A stretch of DNA of 64,000 bases from Candidatus Limnocylindria bacterium (lineage in GTDB: Bacteria; Chloroflexota; Limnocylindria; P2-11E). Shown here piece by piece: positions 44,000-56,535 of the stretch (position 1 is the first letter of the stretch; each line of letters opens with the position of its first letter). Made by a program: the position numbers and the translations under genes. The stretch is taken from the NCBI GenBank assembly GCA_041496945.1, contig JBGQFO010000003.1, positions 16,415-80,414 on the forward strand, in the 5' to 3' direction. Below the pieces are notes generated by a model. That model was not told the origin of the DNA. It ran no database searches and saw only the letters and a program-made list of their open reading frames with translations.

Positions 44000-44889
44000 G
44001 GACCGCGCCCTCTCTTCGCCGCGCGTGCACTCGGGGGCTGACCGGCGAGGATCTCGCGCAGCGCGCGCGGCAACGCGTCGACGATGTCCGTCGCGAGAGC
44101 GCCCGACTCCCCGATCTCCGCCGCCAGCAGCGCGCCGGCGCGGCCGTGCACCCACACCGCCGCGGCGGCGGCCGCGAGCGGCGCAAGACCGCGCGCGGCG
44201 AAGGCGGCGACCGCGCCGCCGAGGGCGTCGCCCGATCCACCCACGCCGAGCGTCGGGTTCGGCGCGTCGTGGACGTAGGTCTTCTTCCCGTCGGTCACGA
44301 TGGTCACCGGTCCCTTGAGGACGAGCGTCACTCCCCACTGCGCCGCGTAGCGCTCGGCGAACGCGACACGCGCGGCGCCCGTCGGCACCACCCGTCCGGC
44401 AAGCCGCGCGGCCTCGCCATCGTGCGGCGTGAGGATGGTGTGCGGCGGCAGGACCGACGGCCAGTCCTCCGTGCGCGCGAGCGCGTTGAGGCCGTCGGCA
44501 TCGATCACCGTCGTCGTGCCCTTCGCGTTGCGCACGACCGCCACGACGAAGTCGTCGGTTCCCGCGGCGTGCGCCAGGCCCGGACCGATGAGCAGCGCGC
44601 GGATCTTGTCGGCGATGAGCGGCGTGAGCTGCGCCGCCGCGCCCGTGGCCACGACACCGGGCTGCGCCTCGGCCAGCGGGAAGAAGGTGATGTTCGGATC
44701 CTGGCCCGCGATCATCTCGACGACCGACCGTGCCGCCGCGACGGTCACCACGCCGGCCCCGCAGCGCGCGGCGGCGCGCGACGCGAGCAGCATGGCACCC
44801 GGGTAGCGGTGCGACCCCCCGACGATGAGGACCCGCCCGCGGGTCTCCTTTCCCGCGTCCGCGGGAAGTGGACGGACCGCGGCGCGCAC
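43996..44889 (-). CDS. nnrD: ADP-dependent NAD(P)H-hydrate dehydratase (YjeF C-terminal family)
   Basis: Part of track ORF 43996..45189. Contains GKETRGRVLIVGGSHRYPGAMLLASRAAARCGAGVV and GGSGDALGG. The first canonical start is GTG 44889. In-frame CTG 44922 (a CTGA overlap with the acpS stop) would give a full-length N-terminus. Confidence 0.85.
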   Translation of the reverse strand: MRAAVRPLPADAGKETRGRVLIVGGSHRYPGAMLLASRAAARCGAGVVTVAAARSVVEMIAGQDPNITFFPLAEAQPGVVATGAAAQLTPLIADKIRALLIGPGLAHAAGTDDFVVAVVRNAKGTTTVIDADGLNALARTEDWPSVLPPHTILTPHDGEAARLAGRVVPTGAARVAFAERYAAQWGVTLVLKGPVTIVTDGKKTYVHDAPNPTLGVGGSGDALGGAVAAFAARGLAPLAAAAAAVWVHGRAGALLAAEIGESGALATDIVDALPRALREILAGQPPSARAAKRGRGP

Positions 44890-44918
44890 GACGCCGGCGT
44901 CCAGCGCGTGGTGTGTGG

Positions 44919-45298
44919 TCAGCGCAGACCCACCGCGACCGCGACCGCGAGGTCCTTGATGTGCGAGATGGAGACCGACACCGGCGAGCGCAGCCCCAGG
45001 GCCCTGGCGCGCTGTTCGGCGCGGCCGTGCAGGGTGACCGTCGGCTGGCCCATCGGCGTGCGGCGGATCTCGATCTCGCGCCAGCCGACGCCGCGCACCC
45101 CGAGCCCGAGCACCTTCGAGACCGCCTCCTTCGCCGCCCAGCGGCCCGCGAGGTGCAGGACGTTGCGGCGGCAGTAGCGCTGCTCCCACTCCGTATACAC
45201 GCGCCCGAGGAATCTGGCGTCATGCCGCTCCAGCACGCCCTTTATCCGGGCGGTCTCGATGATGTCGATCCCGACTTCGCTCGGCGGGCCGGAGCCGA

Positions 45299-45302
<4 letters not shown>
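44919..45302 (-). CDS. acpS: Holo-[acyl-carrier-protein] synthase
   Basis: 127 aa. Contains VGIDIIETARI...WAAKEAVSKVLG...ISHIKDLAVAV. 4-nt overlap with the glmS stop. Confidence 0.9.
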
Positions 45303-47142
<1,840 letters not shown>

Positions 47143-47143
<1 letters not shown>

Positions 47144-48471
47144 CAGGCCAGCTCCCGCGTCGCGATCTCTTCAAGCCTTCGCGCGGTGGTCGATGCCACT
47201 GTTTCATCACGCGCCTCGACCATGATGCGGAGCACCGGCTCGGTGCCCGACGGCCGCACCAGGATCCGACCCGTCGAGCCGAGCTGCGCCTGCGCCTCGC
47301 GCACCGCGTCGGTGAGCGCGGCGCTCGACTCCCACTCGCCTCGCCGCGCGGCGTGCACGTTTCGTGTGACCTGCGGCCACGGGATGAGGTCCGCGGCGAG
47401 CCTGTCCAGCGGCTGTCCCTCGGCGTGGATGAGCGACAGCACCTCGAGGGCGGTGAAGATCCCGTCGCCGGTGGTGTGGTACTCGCGGAAGATGACGTGC
47501 CCGGAGGGCTCGCCCCCGAACTGCGCGCCGGTGCGCACCATCTCCTCCCACACGTTGCGGTCGCCCACCTTCGTGCGGCGCAGCTCGATGCCCGAGGCGG
47601 CGAGCTGCGCCTCGAGCGCGCCGTTGGACATGACCGTCCCGACGACGACCTTCGGCTTGAGCCTGTCGTGCCGCGCGAAGTGCCGCGCGGCGAGCGCGAG
47701 GACGACGTCGCCATCGTGCACGCGGCCACGCGCGTCGACCGTGATCACACGGTCGCCGTCGCCGTCGAAGGCGAAGCCGATGTCGGCCTTGCGGTCGACC
47801 ACCGCGCGCGCGAGCGCCTCGGGCGCGGTCGCGCCGCAGCCCGCGTTGATGTTCTCGCCGTCCGGCGTGTCGAACAGGGTCAGCACCTCGGCGCCCGCTC
47901 GCGCGAACACCGACGGCGCCACGCGGTAGGTCGAGCCGTTCGCGCAGTCGAGCACCACGCGCACGCCGCTGAGCGGCGGCGCGATGGTCCCCAGGAAGTC
48001 CTCGTACTCCTTCACCAGCCCGCGCGAGTCGCCGACCAGTCCGATGCCGCCCTCGGTCGGGCGCGGGAGCCGGTCCTCGCCGACCATCTCGGCCTCGATC
48101 CGCTCCTCGACCGCGTCCGCCAGCTTCAGGCCCTGATGATCGAAGAACTTGATGCCGTTGTCCGGCGCCGGGTTGTGCGAGGCGCTGATCACCGCCCCCG
48201 CCACGAAGTCCTTGGTCCGCGCGAGGTAGGCCAGGCCGGGCGTGGGGACGTGGCCGACCAGACGCACGTCGATGCCCACCGAGCAGAGCCCGGCGGCCAG
48301 GGCGCCCTCGAGCATCCGGCCGCTGCGCCGCGTGTCGCGGCCGATCACCACCGCGTGGCCACGGCCACCGAGCACGTGACCGGCGGCACGCCCGAGCCGC
48401 AGGGCGAGCTCGGGGGTGAGCTCGAGGTTGGCGATGCCGCGCACGCCATCGGTACCGAACAGGCGGCTCAT
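47143..48471 (-). CDS. glmM: Phosphoglucosamine mutase
   Basis: 442 aa. Contains MSRLFGTDGVRGIAN and the phosphoserine loop VISASHNP. The stop overlaps the glmS ATG by 1 nt. Confidence 0.97.
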
Positions 48472-48496
48472 GACCGGATCTCGCGGCGTTCGTTGG

Positions 48497-49756
48497 TCAT
48501 TTGTTTCTAATGGTGAGCGTCACCCGTGCCGGCTGCACGCTCTGCACCGTGATGCCCCCAGGCAGGCGGACGGCCACGACGGGGCTGTAGACGCCCGGAC
48601 CGAGACCGTTCGCGTCCACCGTGGCGATGACCTGATCGACGGTCATCGCCACGAGCGCGGGTGCCGGGCCGGCGACCGTGATGGTCGCGGTCCCGGCGTC
48701 CGTCTCCGCCACGAGCCCGCTCCCGAGGTTCTGGATCTGCACCGCGATGAGGAAGGGGCGCGTGCCGGAGAGCGGCACGACATTCACGGTCACGGTCACG
48801 TCGGTCTGCTTCAGGAGCGACACACCGTCGGGGAGGGCGAGCGCGATGTTGAACGTCTTCGGCGCGCTCAGCCCGGTGAGGTCGATCGGCGCGGTGTCCA
48901 CGCGCTCGACTTTCGCGAGGACGCTCTGATCGCCCTTGAGCGTCACGACGACCGGATCGGTCGTGACCTCCGACACCCAGTAGCCGCTCGCGACCGTCCC
49001 GTGCAGCGACCACAGCACCGGCACGGTGCGCGTGGTCGCGGTGGGAAGGAGCGGCACGCTCACCACCACGACGCCGGGCTCCACCTGCAGACCGTCGATG
49101 GGCAGGCCGGTCGCGTCGACCGGGATCGCGGGCGCGCTCTGGGTGAGATCGGTCGTCACGTCGCCAAAGCGGACCGTGGCGAACACCGCGGCGATCTGAA
49201 CGACGAGGCTGTCCGGCCCGACGACGCGGACCTCCTTCGGCGAGACGCTCGTCTGCGCGGCCTGCGATCCCTTTGGCGGCTCGTTCGCGAACTTCGTCTG
49301 CACCGCGAGCGTGCGCGAGGTGATGCGCTCGAGGCGCACCGAGACGGTCGGCGGCGTGACGTCGACGACCTTGACCGCGTCGGTCGACACGGTGACCACG
49401 ACCTTCGCGTCGTGCGGCTCGGGGCTGCCGGCGTCGACGCCCGCGAGATCGAGAGTCGCATGGAGATCGGCGAGCGCCATGCGATCGACGACGCCCTCGG
49501 GGCCACGAAGGCTCACACCCACGTCGCCGAGCGGGCCGCGGAGCACGAACCCCGCGGGGATGTCGGGTCGCTCGACGGGCACGCGTCCGTCGAACTGCAC
49601 GACGAGCTCGCGTGGCGCCGCGTTCTGCGCGTTGGCGACGGCGAACACCACCGCGATGACGACCGCCGCAGCCTTCAGTGGGAAGTCGTGGGTCACGATG
49701 CGGCGGAGGTCGATGCGTCGGGGCCAGGCGGGCCGCAGCGCGTCGCTCGCGCGCAC
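48497..49756 (-). CDS. cdaR: YbbR-domain protein (CdaR, regulator of diadenylate cyclase CdaA)
   Basis: 419 aa. One N-terminal TM segment, then repeated beta-rich YbbR-like modules. Its position between cdaA and glmM is the conserved cdaA-cdaR-glmM order. Confidence 0.85.
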   Translation of the reverse strand: MRASDALRPAWPRRIDLRRIVTHDFPLKAAAVVIAVVFAVANAQNAAPRELVVQFDGRVPVERPDIPAGFVLRGPLGDVGVSLRGPEGVVDRMALADLHATLDLAGVDAGSPEPHDAKVVVTVSTDAVKVVDVTPPTVSVRLERITSRTLAVQTKFANEPPKGSQAAQTSVSPKEVRVVGPDSLVVQIAAVFATVRFGDVTTDLTQSAPAIPVDATGLPIDGLQVEPGVVVVSVPLLPTATTRTVPVLWSLHGTVASGYWVSEVTTDPVVVTLKGDQSVLAKVERVDTAPIDLTGLSAPKTFNIALALPDGVSLLKQTDVTVTVNVVPLSGTRPFLIAVQIQNLGSGLVAETDAGTATITVAGPAPALVAMTVDQVIATVDANGLGPGVYSPVVAVRLPGGITVQSVQPARVTLTIRNK

Positions 49757-49758
49757 GG

Positions 49759-50586
49759 TCAGGACGCTTTCGTGCGGAACGGCAGTGGCTGGATCCGGCT
49801 CCGGAGGAGCGACGCGAGGACGCGACGAAGCCGCTCCTCATCGAGGCCCCCGATCATCCGGCCATTGGAGGCGACCGAGATGCCCTGCGTCTCCTCCGAG
49901 ACCACCACGACGACCGCGTCGGTCTGGGAGCTGATGGAGAGGGCCGCGCGGTGGCGCATCCCGTACCGGTGCTGCCGATCCTGGGTGTCCTCGAGCGGCA
50001 GGAGACAGGCCGCCGCCAGGATCTGGCCGCCCCGGACGATGACCGCCCCGTCATGGAGCGGGGAGCGGGTCATGAAGATCGAGGCCAGCAGCTCGGCGGT
50101 GAGGCGTCCGTTCACCGGGACGCCGGTCTCGCTGTAGTCCTGGAGCCCGGTCGAGCGCTCCACGACGATGAGCGCGCCGTGATGCGCCTCCGCGATGAGG
50201 AGCGCCGAGCGCACGAGCTCATCGACGATGTGGTCGACCTGCTCCTCAGGCAGCGGCGCGAGCAGACGGTTCAGCGGGCCGAGCTGTCCGAGCTGGCCGA
50301 GGACGCGACGCAGCTCCGGCTGGAAGACGACGGCCATGGCGATGAGGCCGAAGGCGAACAGCGCCTGCAGCACGAACTTCGTGAGCTCGAGATGCGCGAG
50401 CACCGCGAGGCCGTACACCGCGACGAGGACGAGGATGCCGAGGAGGAGCTGCACCGCACGCGTGCCGCGGATGAGGACGAGCACGTAGTAGACGAACACC
50501 GCGACAAGAAGGATGTCGAGGAGGTTGTTCCACCCGCAGCACTGCCCGCGGAAGAGCTGGTTGAGCTGATCGTTTACCCAGCCCAC
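49759..50586 (-). CDS. cdaA: Diadenylate cyclase CdaA (membrane-bound DAC domain)
   Basis: 275 aa. Three N-terminal TM helices. DAC motifs PLHDGAVIVRGGQI and HRYGMRHRAALSISSQTDAVVVVVSEETQGISV. Confidence 0.92.
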   Translation of the reverse strand: MGWVNDQLNQLFRGQCCGWNNLLDILLVAVFVYYVLVLIRGTRAVQLLLGILVLVAVYGLAVLAHLELTKFVLQALFAFGLIAMAVVFQPELRRVLGQLGQLGPLNRLLAPLPEEQVDHIVDELVRSALLIAEAHHGALIVVERSTGLQDYSETGVPVNGRLTAELLASIFMTRSPLHDGAVIVRGGQILAAACLLPLEDTQDRQHRYGMRHRAALSISSQTDAVVVVVSEETQGISVASNGRMIGGLDEERLRRVLASLLRSRIQPLPFRTKAS

Positions 50587-51629
50587 TAGAAGGCCTGTGC
50601 CAGCAGCTCGACCTCCGCGGCGAGCTCGGGGCGGCCGTCGAGACGAAGCGCCTGGACGAGCAGCTGCACCTTCGCCTTCGCGACGTCGCGCTTGCCGAGG
50701 CTGCGCGCCACGTCCACCAGAAGGCGCTGCGCGTCGTGCACCGCGATACCCGAGGCGATGAGCTGTAGGAGAAGATCGGAGGCGGCGTCCATGCGCCCGT
50801 CGGCGATGTACCGCTTCGCCGCCTCGAGCGCGGCCCCACCGCCACGCGGGTCGCCCTTCGCGAGGTAACGCGCCGCGGTCGCCTCGACCGCCTGCGCGTC
50901 GGCGCCCGCCGCGATCGGCTCGCCGTCAGCGGCATCCGGGCCCGCGGCCGCGGCCCAGGCATCGCCGCCGCCCGACGCGGATGCGCTCCATTTGCCGCCA
51001 CCGCTCGGCGCGGGTGATTCCCACGACGCGGGCGGCGCGTTCCACGTCGTCCCCTCGGCCGGCGTCGGCGCGGAGCCGACGAACGCGGTGCGCATGAGCG
51101 CGTCGCGATCGGCGGACGATTCCTTCGGCTTCGGGATCGCGGCACCCGCGCTGTGCGCGATCTCGACGAGCTCGGCATTGCCGGGAAGGCGATCGAGCGC
51201 GAACGAGGCCTCGAGCCTCGCGCGGTCGGTGTCCTTCGCCTCGAGCGCGGCCTTGATGTAGCGGACGTACTCGTGCGCCGCATCGTCCGTCTCGCCCGAG
51301 AGCGCGAGCGCTGCCGCGAGACGGCGGTGCGCGGTGAGATCGTGTGGATCGAACGTGGTCGCCTCGTGGTAGAGCGCGATCGCGGAAGCGCGCTGGCCCG
51401 CCTTCGCGAGGGCCGCACCGCCATCGAGAAGCACGCGGAGCGCCGCGGGGCGATCCTCCTGCTCGACGAGCACCTTGGCGAGGCCGCGATAGCCGCCCTC
51501 CGACGCGGGGAAGTGCTGCATCAGATAACGGAACTGCTCCTCGGCCTGGCGCAGCCTCCCGCCCTGCAGGCTCTTCAGGCCCGAGGCGAGGGCGACCTTG
51601 TAGTTGAAGTCAGCGGAGCGGCTTGCCAA
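50586..51629 (-). CDS. TPR-like repeat protein, function unknown
   Basis: 347 aa. Helical-repeat N-terminal and C-terminal parts flank a Gly/Ala/Ser/Trp-rich low-complexity linker. The stop overlaps the cdaA ATG by 1 nt. Confidence 0.7.
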   Translation of the reverse strand: MASRSADFNYKVALASGLKSLQGGRLRQAEEQFRYLMQHFPASEGGYRGLAKVLVEQEDRPAALRVLLDGGAALAKAGQRASAIALYHEATTFDPHDLTAHRRLAAALALSGETDDAAHEYVRYIKAALEAKDTDRARLEASFALDRLPGNAELVEIAHSAGAAIPKPKESSADRDALMRTAFVGSAPTPAEGTTWNAPPASWESPAPSGGGKWSASASGGGDAWAAAAGPDAADGEPIAAGADAQAVEATAARYLAKGDPRGGGAALEAAKRYIADGRMDAASDLLLQLIASGIAVHDAQRLLVDVARSLGKRDVAKAKVQLLVQALRLDGRPELAAEVELLAQAF

Positions 51630-51650
51630 CGCACACAGTGTGCGCCTCTG

Positions 51651-52046
51651 CTACCGCTTCGTGAACTGCGGCGCCTTGCGCGCGCGCTTCAGGCCCGGCT
51701 TCTTCCGCTCCTTGGCGCGCGGGTCGCGCGTGAGGAGTCCGGCCTGGCGGAGCGCCTTGGTGTTGTCCTTGTCGACCTGCAGGAGCGCGCGGGCGATGCC
51801 GTGCGCGATCGCTCCGACCTGCCCGGTCACGCCGCCGCCCTGGACCTTGATCATCGCGTTGAACTTGCGAACGGTGTTGGTGACGCCGAATGGGGCGGTG
51901 GCGCGCTCCACGAGACCGCCACGGCCGAAGTACTCATCGAGCGGCTTGCCGTTCACCACGACAGCGCCCTCGCCGGGAACGAGGCGGACGCGAGCGATCG
52001 CCGTCTTCCGCCGGCCGGTGCCCTGGAAATATGCGGCGTTCTTCAT
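51651..52046 (-). CDS. rpsI: 30S ribosomal protein S9
   Basis: 131 aa. Contains [12 protein letters not shown] and ends [18 protein letters not shown]. Confidence 0.97.
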   Translation of the reverse strand: MKNAAYFQGTGRRKTAIARVRLVPGEGAVVVNGKPLDEYFGRGGLVERATAPFGVTNTVRKFNAMIKVQGGGVTGQVGAIAHGIARALLQVDKDNTKALRQAGLLTRDPRAKERKKPGLKRARKAPQFTKR

Positions 52047-52495
52047 CGCGTCGCCTCCTTCAGCGGTTGCGGCTTCTGCGCCGCGTGCGGGTGCTGCGCA
52101 CCGGCGTAGATGAACAGCTTCCGCATCATCTGATCGCCGAGGCGGTTCTGCGGCAGCATGCCGCGCACCGCGCGGCGGATGACCTCCTCAGGACGCCGCG
52201 CGAGCAGCGCCTCGAGGTTCTCGGCGCGGAAGCCACCCGGGTAACCCGAGTGGCGGACGTACATCTTGTCCTTGAGCTTCTTGCCGGTGACCTTGAACTT
52301 CGCCGCGTTGACGACGATGACCGGATCGCCAGTGTCGAGGCTCGGCGTGAAGGTCACCTTGTGCTTGCCGCGCAGGAGTACGGCGATCCCCGTCGCGAGG
52401 CGGCCGAGCGTGGCGCCCTCGGCGTCCACGACCCGCCAGTCGCGCCGGACCTCGCTGATCTTCGCCGAGTACGTCTTCGCGGTCGTCTTCGTCAT
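52043..52495 (-). CDS. rplM: 50S ribosomal protein L13
   Basis: Track ORF 52043..52570, with start at internal ATG 52495. Contains [17 protein letters not shown]...LLRGKHK. Confidence 0.95.
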   Translation of the reverse strand: MTKTTAKTYSAKISEVRRDWRVVDAEGATLGRLATGIAVLLRGKHKVTFTPSLDTGDPVIVVNAAKFKVTGKKLKDKMYVRHSGYPGGFRAENLEALLARRPEEVIRRAVRGMLPQNRLGDQMMRKLFIYAGAQHPHAAQKPQPLKEATR

Positions 52496-52511
52496 TGTCT
52501 GCGCTCGCTCC

Positions 52512-53267
52512 TCATTCGTCCGCCTGATCTCTCTCGCCTTCGCTCTCGCGTGGCTCGCGTGCTCCGTCATAGCTGACCCTGATCAAACACAGCCCCTGTG
52601 CCGGTGCGCTCGGACCCGCCTGCGTACGGTCGCCGGAATCGAGGATCTCCACGAAGCGGTCCACCGAGGTCTTGCCTCGGCCGACCCAGAGGAGCGTCCC
52701 CACGATCCCGCGGACCATACCCCGGAGGAACGCGTCGGCCTCGATCTCGAAGCGGAGGACGCTGCCCTCCTCGCTCCAGACCGCGCGCCGCACGGTACGC
52801 CCGCCCGATACGCCCGCCGCGAACGCGGCGAAGTCGTGGCGACCCACCAGGCGCGCGCTCGCGTCGCGCATCGCCGCTCGATCGAGCGTCACCGAGAGCC
52901 ACTGCTCCCGCCGCCGTTCGAGCGGATCGCGCGTCGCCGCGTTCCGGATCCGATATTCATATGTCCGTCCCGTCGCCGAGAACCGCGCGTGGAACGTCTC
53001 CCCCGCCGGCTCCAGACCCGAGACCGCGATGTCCTCGGGGAGAAGGGCGTTGACCCCTCTCTCCATCGTGCTCCCGTCCAGCGTGCTCGCCGTCCGGAAG
53101 TCGATCACCTGTCCTGTCGCGTGGACCCCGGCATCGGTGCGGCCCGCACCGGTGATGCGCACCGGCTCGCCGCAGATCTCCGCGAGCACACGCTCGATCT
53201 CCCCCTGCACCGTTGGCGCGTTCGGCTGGACTTGGAACCCCGCGTACTCGGTCCCGTCATAGGCCAC
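52512..53267 (-). CDS. truA: tRNA pseudouridine(38-40) synthase
   Basis: C-terminal part of track ORF 52512..53960, with GTG start at 53267. Contains [14 protein letters not shown]...[15 protein letters not shown]. Confidence 0.88.
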   Translation of the reverse strand: MAYDGTEYAGFQVQPNAPTVQGEIERVLAEICGEPVRITGAGRTDAGVHATGQVIDFRTASTLDGSTMERGVNALLPEDIAVSGLEPAGETFHARFSATGRTYEYRIRNAATRDPLERRREQWLSVTLDRAAMRDASARLVGRHDFAAFAAGVSGGRTVRRAVWSEEGSVLRFEIEADAFLRGMVRGIVGTLLWVGRGKTSVDRFVEILDSGDRTQAGPSAPAQGLCLIRVSYDGAREPRESEGERDQADE

Positions 53268-53296
53268 GCGCGCCTTCCAGTGCCGTGCCTCGCCCG

Positions 53297-53848
53297 CTAG
53301 TCCTCCTTCGAAGCCGACGGCTTGGCCGTCGTCTTCTTCCGGGTCGCGGTCGAAGCCTTCTTTGGTGCCGCCTTGCTCGCCGCCTTCGCCTTCGCCGGCT
53401 CTTCCGTGGCCTTCTCGCCACTTCCGCGGCGGAGCGACAGGCGACGGCGGCGTGGCTTCTCCTCGGCTGCGGCGGCCGCGGCGGTCTCGTCGACGCCCGG
53501 CATGAGCTCGAGGAGCATGAGCGGCGAGTTGTCGCCCACGCGGCGCGCCAGGCGCGTCATACGCAGGTAGCCCGACGTCCGGTCGGGGTAGCGCTTCGCG
53601 AGGTCGGTGAAGACCTTGTCCACGATCGGTGTCTCGGGCAGCCACGCCGCGGCGCGACGTCGCGCCTCGAGGGAGCCGTCCTTGCCGAGGTTGATCATGC
53701 GGTCGACGAAACCGCGGATCTCCTTGGCTTTCGCCTCGGTCGTCTTCACGCGCTCGTAGCGCAGCACCGACAGCGTCAAGTTGCGGAGCAGCGAACGACG
53801 GAGGTCGCTCTTGCGCCCGAACTTGCGCTGATGGATCTGATGCGGCAT
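53297..53848 (-). CDS. rplQ: 50S ribosomal protein L17 (with Lys/Ala-rich C-terminal tail)
   Basis: 183 aa. Starts MPHQIHQRKFGRKSDLRRSLLRNL. The tail after about residue 120 is AAAAAAEEKPRRRR...AKAKAASKAAPKKA. Confidence 0.96.
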   Translation of the reverse strand: MPHQIHQRKFGRKSDLRRSLLRNLTLSVLRYERVKTTEAKAKEIRGFVDRMINLGKDGSLEARRRAAAWLPETPIVDKVFTDLAKRYPDRTSGYLRMTRLARRVGDNSPLMLLELMPGVDETAAAAAAEEKPRRRRLSLRRGSGEKATEEPAKAKAASKAAPKKASTATRKKTTAKPSASKED

Positions 53849-54864
53849 TAGCCCTCGTCAGTCCCGGCGGGCTCTTCGTCGCCCTCGGTCGTCTCGACTG
53901 CGGCCTCGTCCTCGGCGGTCTCGTCACGCGCGGGCATCTCGATGAGGCCGCGCGCCGCAAGGCGCTCCTTGATCTCGTCGAGCGACTTCTTGCCGAAGTT
54001 GCGCATGCGCAGCAGCTCCTCGTCGGGGGTCTGGAGGAGCTGACCGACCTTCGTGATGCCGTGGCGCTTCAGCGAGTTGAACGCGCGCTGCGGCAGGTCG
54101 AGGTCCTCGATCGGCATGTCGGCGATCTGCGACGGCAGGCTCGAGCCGTTCGTGCGCTCGGGCTGCGCGATCGCGGCCTGCGAACGCGTGAGACCGGCGA
54201 ACAGCGAGAACTGCTGCACGAGGATGTTCGAACCCTGCGCGACCGCCTCATCCGGCGTCGTCGTGCCGTCCGTCCAGACCTCGAGGATCAGCCGGTCGTA
54301 GTTCGTGACCTGACCGACACGAGTGCTCTCGACGGAGAAGTTGACCTTGCGCACCGGGCTGAAGAGCGCGTCGATCGGGATGACCCCGATCGGCAGGCCC
54401 TCACGCCGCTCGGCGGAGTGGAAGCCGCGGCCCTTCTCGACCGTGAGCTCCATCCAGAGCGATGACTCGGGCTCGAGCGTCGCGATCTCCGCCTCCGGGT
54501 TGACGAGCTCGATCTCAGAGGTGGTGGCGATGTCCGCCGCCGTTGCGACGCCGGGGCCGTCCTTCTCGAGCGTGAGCGTCACCGGCTCGTTCGCGAACGA
54601 GCGGAGCCGCACGTTCTTCAGGTTGAGGACGATCTCGACGACGTCCTCCTTCACGCCGGGGATGGTCGAGAACTCGTGCGCGACGCCGCGCACGCGGGCC
54701 GACGTGATGGCCGCGCCCTCGAGCGAGGACAGCAGCACGCGACGGATGGAATTGCCGAGCGTCGTGCCGTAGCCCGGCGGCAGCGGCTCGCACGCGAACT
54801 TCGCGTAGCGATCGTCGCCCTCGATCCGCTCGATCTTTGGGTACTCGAGTTCCACGAGTGTCAT
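53848..54864 (-). CDS. rpoA: DNA-directed RNA polymerase subunit alpha
   Basis: 338 aa. Contains GTTLGNSIRRVLLSSLEGAA and the C-terminal domain LDLPQRAFNSLKRHGITKVGQL. Confidence 0.97.
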   Translation of the reverse strand: MTLVELEYPKIERIEGDDRYAKFACEPLPPGYGTTLGNSIRRVLLSSLEGAAITSARVRGVAHEFSTIPGVKEDVVEIVLNLKNVRLRSFANEPVTLTLEKDGPGVATAADIATTSEIELVNPEAEIATLEPESSLWMELTVEKGRGFHSAERREGLPIGVIPIDALFSPVRKVNFSVESTRVGQVTNYDRLILEVWTDGTTTPDEAVAQGSNILVQQFSLFAGLTRSQAAIAQPERTNGSSLPSQIADMPIEDLDLPQRAFNSLKRHGITKVGQLLQTPDEELLRMRNFGKKSLDEIKERLAARGLIEMPARDETAEDEAAVETTEGDEEPAGTDEG

Positions 54865-54883
54865 TGGGGTTCCTTCCTGCCGA

Positions 54884-55507
54884 CTAGCGTGAGTAATGCT
54901 CGACGACGAGCTGCGTGTTGATCTGCGCCTCGATCTGGTCGCGCGTCGGCAGCGCGAGGACGCGCGCGGTGAATGCCTCAGGATCGGTCTCGAGCCAGGC
55001 CGGCCGCGTCTGGGTCTTCGCCCAGTTCACAGCCTCCTTGAAGTAGTTCGAGCCGCGGCTCGACTCCCGCACCGAGAGCGTGTCGCCGGCCTTGACCTCG
55101 TAGCTCGGCGTCTTTGTGGGCTTGCCGTTCACCACGATGTGTCCGTGCGAGACGAGCTGGCGCGCCTGCGAGCGCGACTTCGCGAAGCCGGCGCGGTAGA
55201 TGGTGTTGTCGAGACGGCGCTCGAGGTTCTGGAGAAGCGTCTCGCCCGTGGCGCCCTTCACCTCGGCGGCGGCCTCGAACGTGTTCTGCATCTGCTTCTC
55301 GAGGACGCCGTAGATCCGACGCATCTTCTGCTTCTCGCGAAGCTGGAGTGCGAAGTCGGAGACCTTGCGCCGGCGCTGCTGGTGCATGCCGGGTGGCGAG
55401 CTGCGCTTCTCGAACGTGCACTTTGTGACGCACTTCTCGCCCTTGAGGAAGAGCTTCATGCCCTCGCGGCGGCACAGGCGGCAGACCGGACCGGTGTAGC
55501 GCGCCAC
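54884..55507 (-). CDS. rpsD: 30S ribosomal protein S4
   Basis: 207 aa. Starts MARYTGPVCRLCRREGMKLFLKGEKC. Confidence 0.97.
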   Translation of the reverse strand: MARYTGPVCRLCRREGMKLFLKGEKCVTKCTFEKRSSPPGMHQQRRRKVSDFALQLREKQKMRRIYGVLEKQMQNTFEAAAEVKGATGETLLQNLERRLDNTIYRAGFAKSRSQARQLVSHGHIVVNGKPTKTPSYEVKAGDTLSVRESSRGSNYFKEAVNWAKTQTRPAWLETDPEAFTARVLALPTRDQIEAQINTQLVVEHYSR

Positions 55508-55945
55508 TTAGACCCTCCGCCGCTTGGGAGGCCGGCAGCCGTTGTGCGGGATGGGCGTGACGTCGGTGATCGCGGTGACCGCGAGGCCGGTGGCCTCGAG
55601 CGCGCGGATCGCGGCCTCGCGGCCCGCACCCGGCCCGCGCACGAAGACCTCGAGGGTCTTCATACCCGCGTCCATGGCCTTGCGCGCCGCGTTCTCGGCG
55701 GCGACCTGCGCGGCGTAGGGCGTGCTCTTGCGCGAGCCCTTCCAACCGGCGGCGCCGGCCGACGACCACGCGATCACGTTCCCAGCCGGGTCGGAGATCG
55801 AGACGATGGTGTTGTTGAAGGAGGCTTTCACGTGTGCGGTGCCACGCGGCACGACCCGGCGCTCGCGCTTCTTGCGCGGCGCGACGGGCTTGCCCTCGGC
55901 GTCCTTGTCCTGTCCTGCGGCCTGCTCGGCTGGCTTGTCTGGCAC
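55508..55945 (-). CDS. rpsK: 30S ribosomal protein S11
   Basis: 145 aa. Contains [15 protein letters not shown] and ends [16 protein letters not shown]. Has a short N-terminal extension. Confidence 0.97.
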   Translation of the reverse strand: MPDKPAEQAAGQDKDAEGKPVAPRKKRERRVVPRGTAHVKASFNNTIVSISDPAGNVIAWSSAGAAGWKGSRKSTPYAAQVAAENAARKAMDAGMKTLEVFVRGPGAGREAAIRALEATGLAVTAITDVTPIPHNGCRPPKRRRV

Positions 55946-55959
55946 CTGCTGTCCTTCTC

Positions 55960-56343
55960 CTACGTCTTCGAGACCGACTTCTTCTTGCCGGCCACGGTCT
56001 TGCGCGGACCCTTCCGCGTGCGTGCGTTCGTGCGCGTGCGCTGCCCGCGCACGGGGAGACCCTTGCGGTGGCGGAGGCCGCGGTAGCTGCCGATCTCCTG
56101 GAGCCGCTTGATGTTCATCGCGACCTCGCGCCGCAGGTCACCCTCGACGGTGAAGCCGCGGTCGATGATCTCGCGGATCTTCGCCACCTGTGGCTCGGTG
56201 AGATCGCGGACGCGGACCGCCCCGTCGACGCGCGCCTGCTCGAGGACCTCGCGCGCGGTCGTCGGACCGATCCCGAAGATGTAGCGGAGCGAAACGTCGA
56301 CGCGCTTCTCGCGCGGGATGTCGACGCCGGCGATGCGCGCCAT
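55960..56343 (-). CDS. rpsM: 30S ribosomal protein S13
   Basis: 127 aa. Starts [15 protein letters not shown] and contains [24 protein letters not shown]. Confidence 0.97.
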   Translation of the reverse strand: MARIAGVDIPREKRVDVSLRYIFGIGPTTAREVLEQARVDGAVRVRDLTEPQVAKIREIIDRGFTVEGDLRREVAMNIKRLQEIGSYRGLRHRKGLPVRGQRTRTNARTRKGPRKTVAGKKKSVSKT

Positions 56344-56456
56344 CAGCCCTGCCTCTGCTTGTGCTTCGGCTCAGAGCAGATGACCAGGATCACCCGCTCG
56401 CGGCGGATGATCTTGCACTTATCGCATCTCTTCTTCACCGAGGCCTGCACTTTCAC
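56343..56456 (-). CDS. rpmJ: 50S ribosomal protein L36 (zinc-binding form)
   Basis: Not in the track (37 aa). Translated by hand from GTG 56456: [37 protein letters not shown]. The stop overlaps the rpsM ATG by 1 nt. Confidence 0.93.
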   Translation of the reverse strand: MKVQASVKKRCDKCKIIRRERVILVICSEPKHKQRQG

Positions 56457-56535
56457 TTCGGGATCGCCCTCGTCACTTTCGACAAAATCCCCTTCGCCAC
56501 AAACTCGCTGTGCATCACGTTCTTGACTTCAATGG

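Noticed and set aside
44000-45223. N-terminal half of the 798-aa ORF 42827..45223
   Set aside because: An out-of-frame run over nnr and acpS. Only the C-terminal 390 aa (alanine racemase) are real.
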